Assembly: GCA_002269645.1 (NCBI GenBank)
Contig: NIVC01000606.1
Span: forward strand, 434,001 to 498,000
Length of the DNA: 64,000 bases
Source of the DNA: Macrostomum lignano
Taxonomy: Eukaryota
Direction: 5' to 3'
The stretch's first letter is position 1, and every line of letters starts with the position of its first letter. This document shows, piece by piece, positions 60,656 through 64,000 of the stretch. The notes beneath the pieces were generated by a model. It did not search any database, had not been told where the DNA came from, and was given only the letters and a program-made list of their open reading frames with translations. The position numbers were made by a program, and so were the translations under genes.

Positions 60656-62230
60656 TTATATATTAACCATGATTTTTTCCACCGGCTTGCGAGTCAGATT
60701 AGGCACCTGGGCATTGTGGGCCGCGTAGCCAAGCGGCAGAAGCAGGTGCACCTTCTCGTTGGGCGGCCGGCCGAGCAGTCGGCGAAGCGCTGGCCCGGCG
60801 TTCATCGGCGTGCTGGTTAAAGTGCACAGGCCGACATTCTGCACAGCGGCCAGGAATAATCCGGCTGAGATGCTAACCGAGATTTCCGAGTAATAGTGCT
60901 GCCGCTTCTCCTCCCGACCGCTGCGCCAGCCGTGCACCTGTCCAATTGCATTTCAAGGTGGTTATGGGCTATCCAATATTTATCTTTCAGTGGGCTGCTA
61001 TCTCTCAGTTCTGCAGTGCCTGAGCTACCTCTCTCACGTCTCAGTTCAGATTGAAAAGAATCAATGTACATACAGAATTCTAATTTTGTCCAAAGAGAGG
61101 TTTAACCCACTTTTTAGTGTTTTTTATCGCTCTGTAAGAAATTTGATTCGCATCCTTTTCTTGCTACTCGTTAGTAGCAAGGCAACCATCACACAAAAAA
61201 GTGCGTCGAGCACTAACTTGCGTACCTGTCGCATAAGCACAACAATAACCGGAGCCTCAGTAAGATACGGCTTCTCCCAGCTAGTCCGCAGTTTAGCCAA
61301 GTCCGCCTTCCACTCTGCGCTCATCCTTCTGGCGTAGTTAATCTCCTCTTCCTCTTCCACAATCTCCCGGATGCGCCGCTTCATCAGCTCGTTAGTGACG
61401 CACACGTAGGTCCAGGGCTCGGTGTGGGCGCCGCTGGGCGAGGAGCCGGCCGCTGTGACCAGCAGCCGCACCAGTTCGGGGTCCACCGGCCGCTCACTGA
61501 ACTGGCGGCACGAGCGCCTGCGGCTCAGCAAGTTGGCAAAGTCGGTCGCCCGTTTCAACATCTCGGATTCGGAATAGGCGACATTGGAATACGGCACCAG
61601 GCTGAGTTCCGCCTCCTCACCAGCTGACTGCTCCGAGCTGTCTTTGTCCGTCTTGTCTTCAGATTCCCCAGCTTCTTCTTCATCTTCGTCGTCATCTTCT
61701 TCCGGATCGACTGATTCATTCACAACCGGGGGGCGGCCTCGCCGACGCCTGAGCTCGCTTTGTGGCGCCTGCTTTAAAGTCGCTGCTGGCTTTGATTTCT
61801 GCTTCTGCTGTTGCTGCTGCTGCTTCCGCGCTGGCATTCTGCCTTCCCCTCGCTGCTCGTCGGAGTCCTCCTCGCTATCATCCTCTTCGTCCAGCATCTC
61901 AAACAGTTTGCGCTCCAGCTCGGCTGTCCGCTTCTGCGTAGCCTTCTGGTCGGCTTGCTGACTCTTCTGCTTCTGCTTCTCGGGTTGCTTAGAATTCTTT
62001 GTCTTCTGCGACTTTGAGCCCACGCTAAATGGTATGTCGCTGGGCATTGTAGCAGCGGACAGGCCGCCCCTGTACCCTGGCATGAGCCTCTCGTCCATGG
62101 GCATGTTCGGCACGGCGGTCCTGCGCTGCTGGAACAGGTGCATCACTAGAAAGCCGATGAGCGAGCCCAGCACGGCCTGCAGCGTGGTGGAATCCTTGAA
62201 CAGACTCCACAGTGTGAATGCGTCCGTCAT
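60656..62230 (-). CDS. IYD: Iodotyrosine deiodinase (nitroreductase superfamily), complement(join(60656..60937,61226..62230)), 428 aa
   Basis: N-terminal membrane anchor; RRRSCRQFS, SPSGAHTEPW, EEEEEINY, KPYLTEAP, HYYSEISVSI, TSTPMNAG, LLLPLGY; phase-0 intron GTACGC...GGACAG. Confidence 0.95.
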
Positions 62231-63533
62231 GGTTGGCAGGTTCCAACTAGGCAGTCAAATATTACTGGAGTTGCAATTCAATTTGTTTGCTTTTTAAGCA
62301 TGAACAAGATCAGGCCTAGTTTTACCCTTATTTGAATGTTTACTATCATCATATATGCAAAACTTGCTAAAAACCTAAGCATTTACATACTTCAACAAAT
62401 TAATTATACTATGAAATACAATAGTTAGAGCCAGAGTACCAGAGGTTGTCTCAAAAGTTTTTCAGGACAGAGGTCACCATTTTTTACACAAATGCTCAAG
62501 GAAGCTGGAAGTTTAGATATTATCTAAGAGAACTTTAACAAAGTCTTTAAGAAAGGGTAGTGTTAGTTTTATGCAATTTCAATGGTTAAGTTCAAATATT
62601 ATTAACACAATTTTTGCCCAAAATATTCCCCATCACTGTTGCTGTCACAGATATTCACCATTCATGAAGATGCACTGTTAGTAGTGCTCAATCAGCTTGT
62701 CAGAGTCTCTCAAAAGTGGCATCTATCTGGCTTAGGTAATGCTCTACTGTAACTGCAGCTACAGTTATAGGAAATTTAGGGTAGCACTTTTTTGAGCACA
62801 ATTAGGTTATAGATTGTGGCTATGGAAATCTTGCCTAGTAGCAGATAAAGTTATGGATTATAGATTTGGAGCACCTAATGTAATTTCTAAAGTAAATTGA
62901 AAATTATTTTTATATGCAAAAAACTATTTACCTTTTTTCATTTTAAATTTTATATTTTTGGCTAAATAAAAAGATACATTATTGCCTTTTGCATATAAAA
63001 TGTATTTATATTTATTGTACCAAACTAGGCCTTAAAAGCCATTAAATTTGAAAGTTTTCACTGTTTGCTTGATTGCTTTTGCTTTGGCTTCAAATTTTTG
63101 CTTTTTGGTTTTTGAAATCAATGATTTTGTTAATTTTGTTGATTTATAATATGGCTATAGGAAATTTTGGAATATGGAGATTTGACTATCTAGAAAATAA
63201 CAAATTACAGCTACAGGGATAGCATAATAAAATTTAGTATGGCTATGGTTATAAAGGTACAGAGGTATAGCAATAGAACACTAGGTTTAGGGATTTGCTG
63301 TTGGCACTAATCATTTTCTAAGGAGTCAAGAAAAAGATAAAGATTTACAATAGTTTTAGAAAACAAAAGCTAAACTCTTTTACTTTTACTTATATATAAG
63401 CAACAGCATAAGGATATGCATTTTCTCACAGAATGAAAGGTTTCTAGTGCAAAGTGCAGCCCTTGTTTAAGACAGTATTTGCAAACAATGGAGTTGATCA
63501 ATGGCATTATTATAATTAAACTATAGTAACTAG

Positions 63534-63940
63534 TAGGGGTCGGACGTGATCACAATTGTGATCACGATTTTGTGAATTCACGACCATTTTTTTCACGATT
63601 GTTATTTCCTTGAAACCCGTTCACGACAGTCGCGAATTTCCGTTTTATTACATTTTTATTAGAAGTATAACTTTTCTACTTGGTTTACCAAAATATGTGA
63701 ACACAAATGTGTAAAAGAGTAATAAATTTTAATTTTGTTGACTTGACAGCATTACCAAGTAGCTATTATCAATTTATAAATATTTCTTTTCTTGTTTTGT
63801 TATTTTCAACACTTGTAACTTACGAGCTCAAAAACGTGTATGCAAATATAAATTCACGATCACGATCACGATCACGCCTGACTTTAAAAATTTCACGAAA
63901 TTTCACGCCCGACCAAAATTTTCTGCTCATCCGACCTCTA
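63534..63940. mobile_element. 407-bp hAT-type MITE
   Basis: TAG...CTA termini with TIR TAG(G/A)GGTCGGA(C/T)G; perfect 8-bp TSD GTAACTAG (63526-63533 and 63941-63948); subterminal TCACGA repeats. Confidence 0.9.
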
Positions 63941-64000
63941 GTAACTAGGGCCTAATATTGAATATATAAATATAGTAGTTCTATAGTTGGGAACATTCTA

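Overview
Eukaryotic, intron-containing invertebrate DNA. The GC- and Ala-rich exons, AT-rich spacers and dense minisatellites resemble the flatworm Macrostomum, but that species guess is inference only. Protein-coding genes I can support: YRDC (+, with an in-frame upstream ATG encoding a mitochondrial-type presequence); a 3-exon class A peptide-type GPCR (+, with a 1-nt frameshift in ICL3 and a third exon not annotated in the ORF track); caveolin (+, apparently with two paralogous alternative first exons); two intronless type I membrane proteins, one with a divergent C-type lectin-like domain; a His/Pro-rich protein gene with a 12-nt first coding exon that the ORF track misses; a tandem pair of paralogues (-) sharing an unrecognised ~85-aa domain; a UBA-less TDP2-like phosphodiesterase (+); and iodotyrosine deiodinase (IYD, -). 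Mobile DNA: a decayed maT-like Tc1/mariner; an internally deleted PHD-bearing MULE-like element with a cognate MITE beside it; several other MITEs with 8-bp or TA target duplications; two tRNA-derived SINE families, one carrying the MIR-type CORE. About 20 distinct tandem-repeat arrays cluster in and around the genes and account for most long repetitive ORFs in the track. No rRNA, tRNA gene or CRISPR array is supported.
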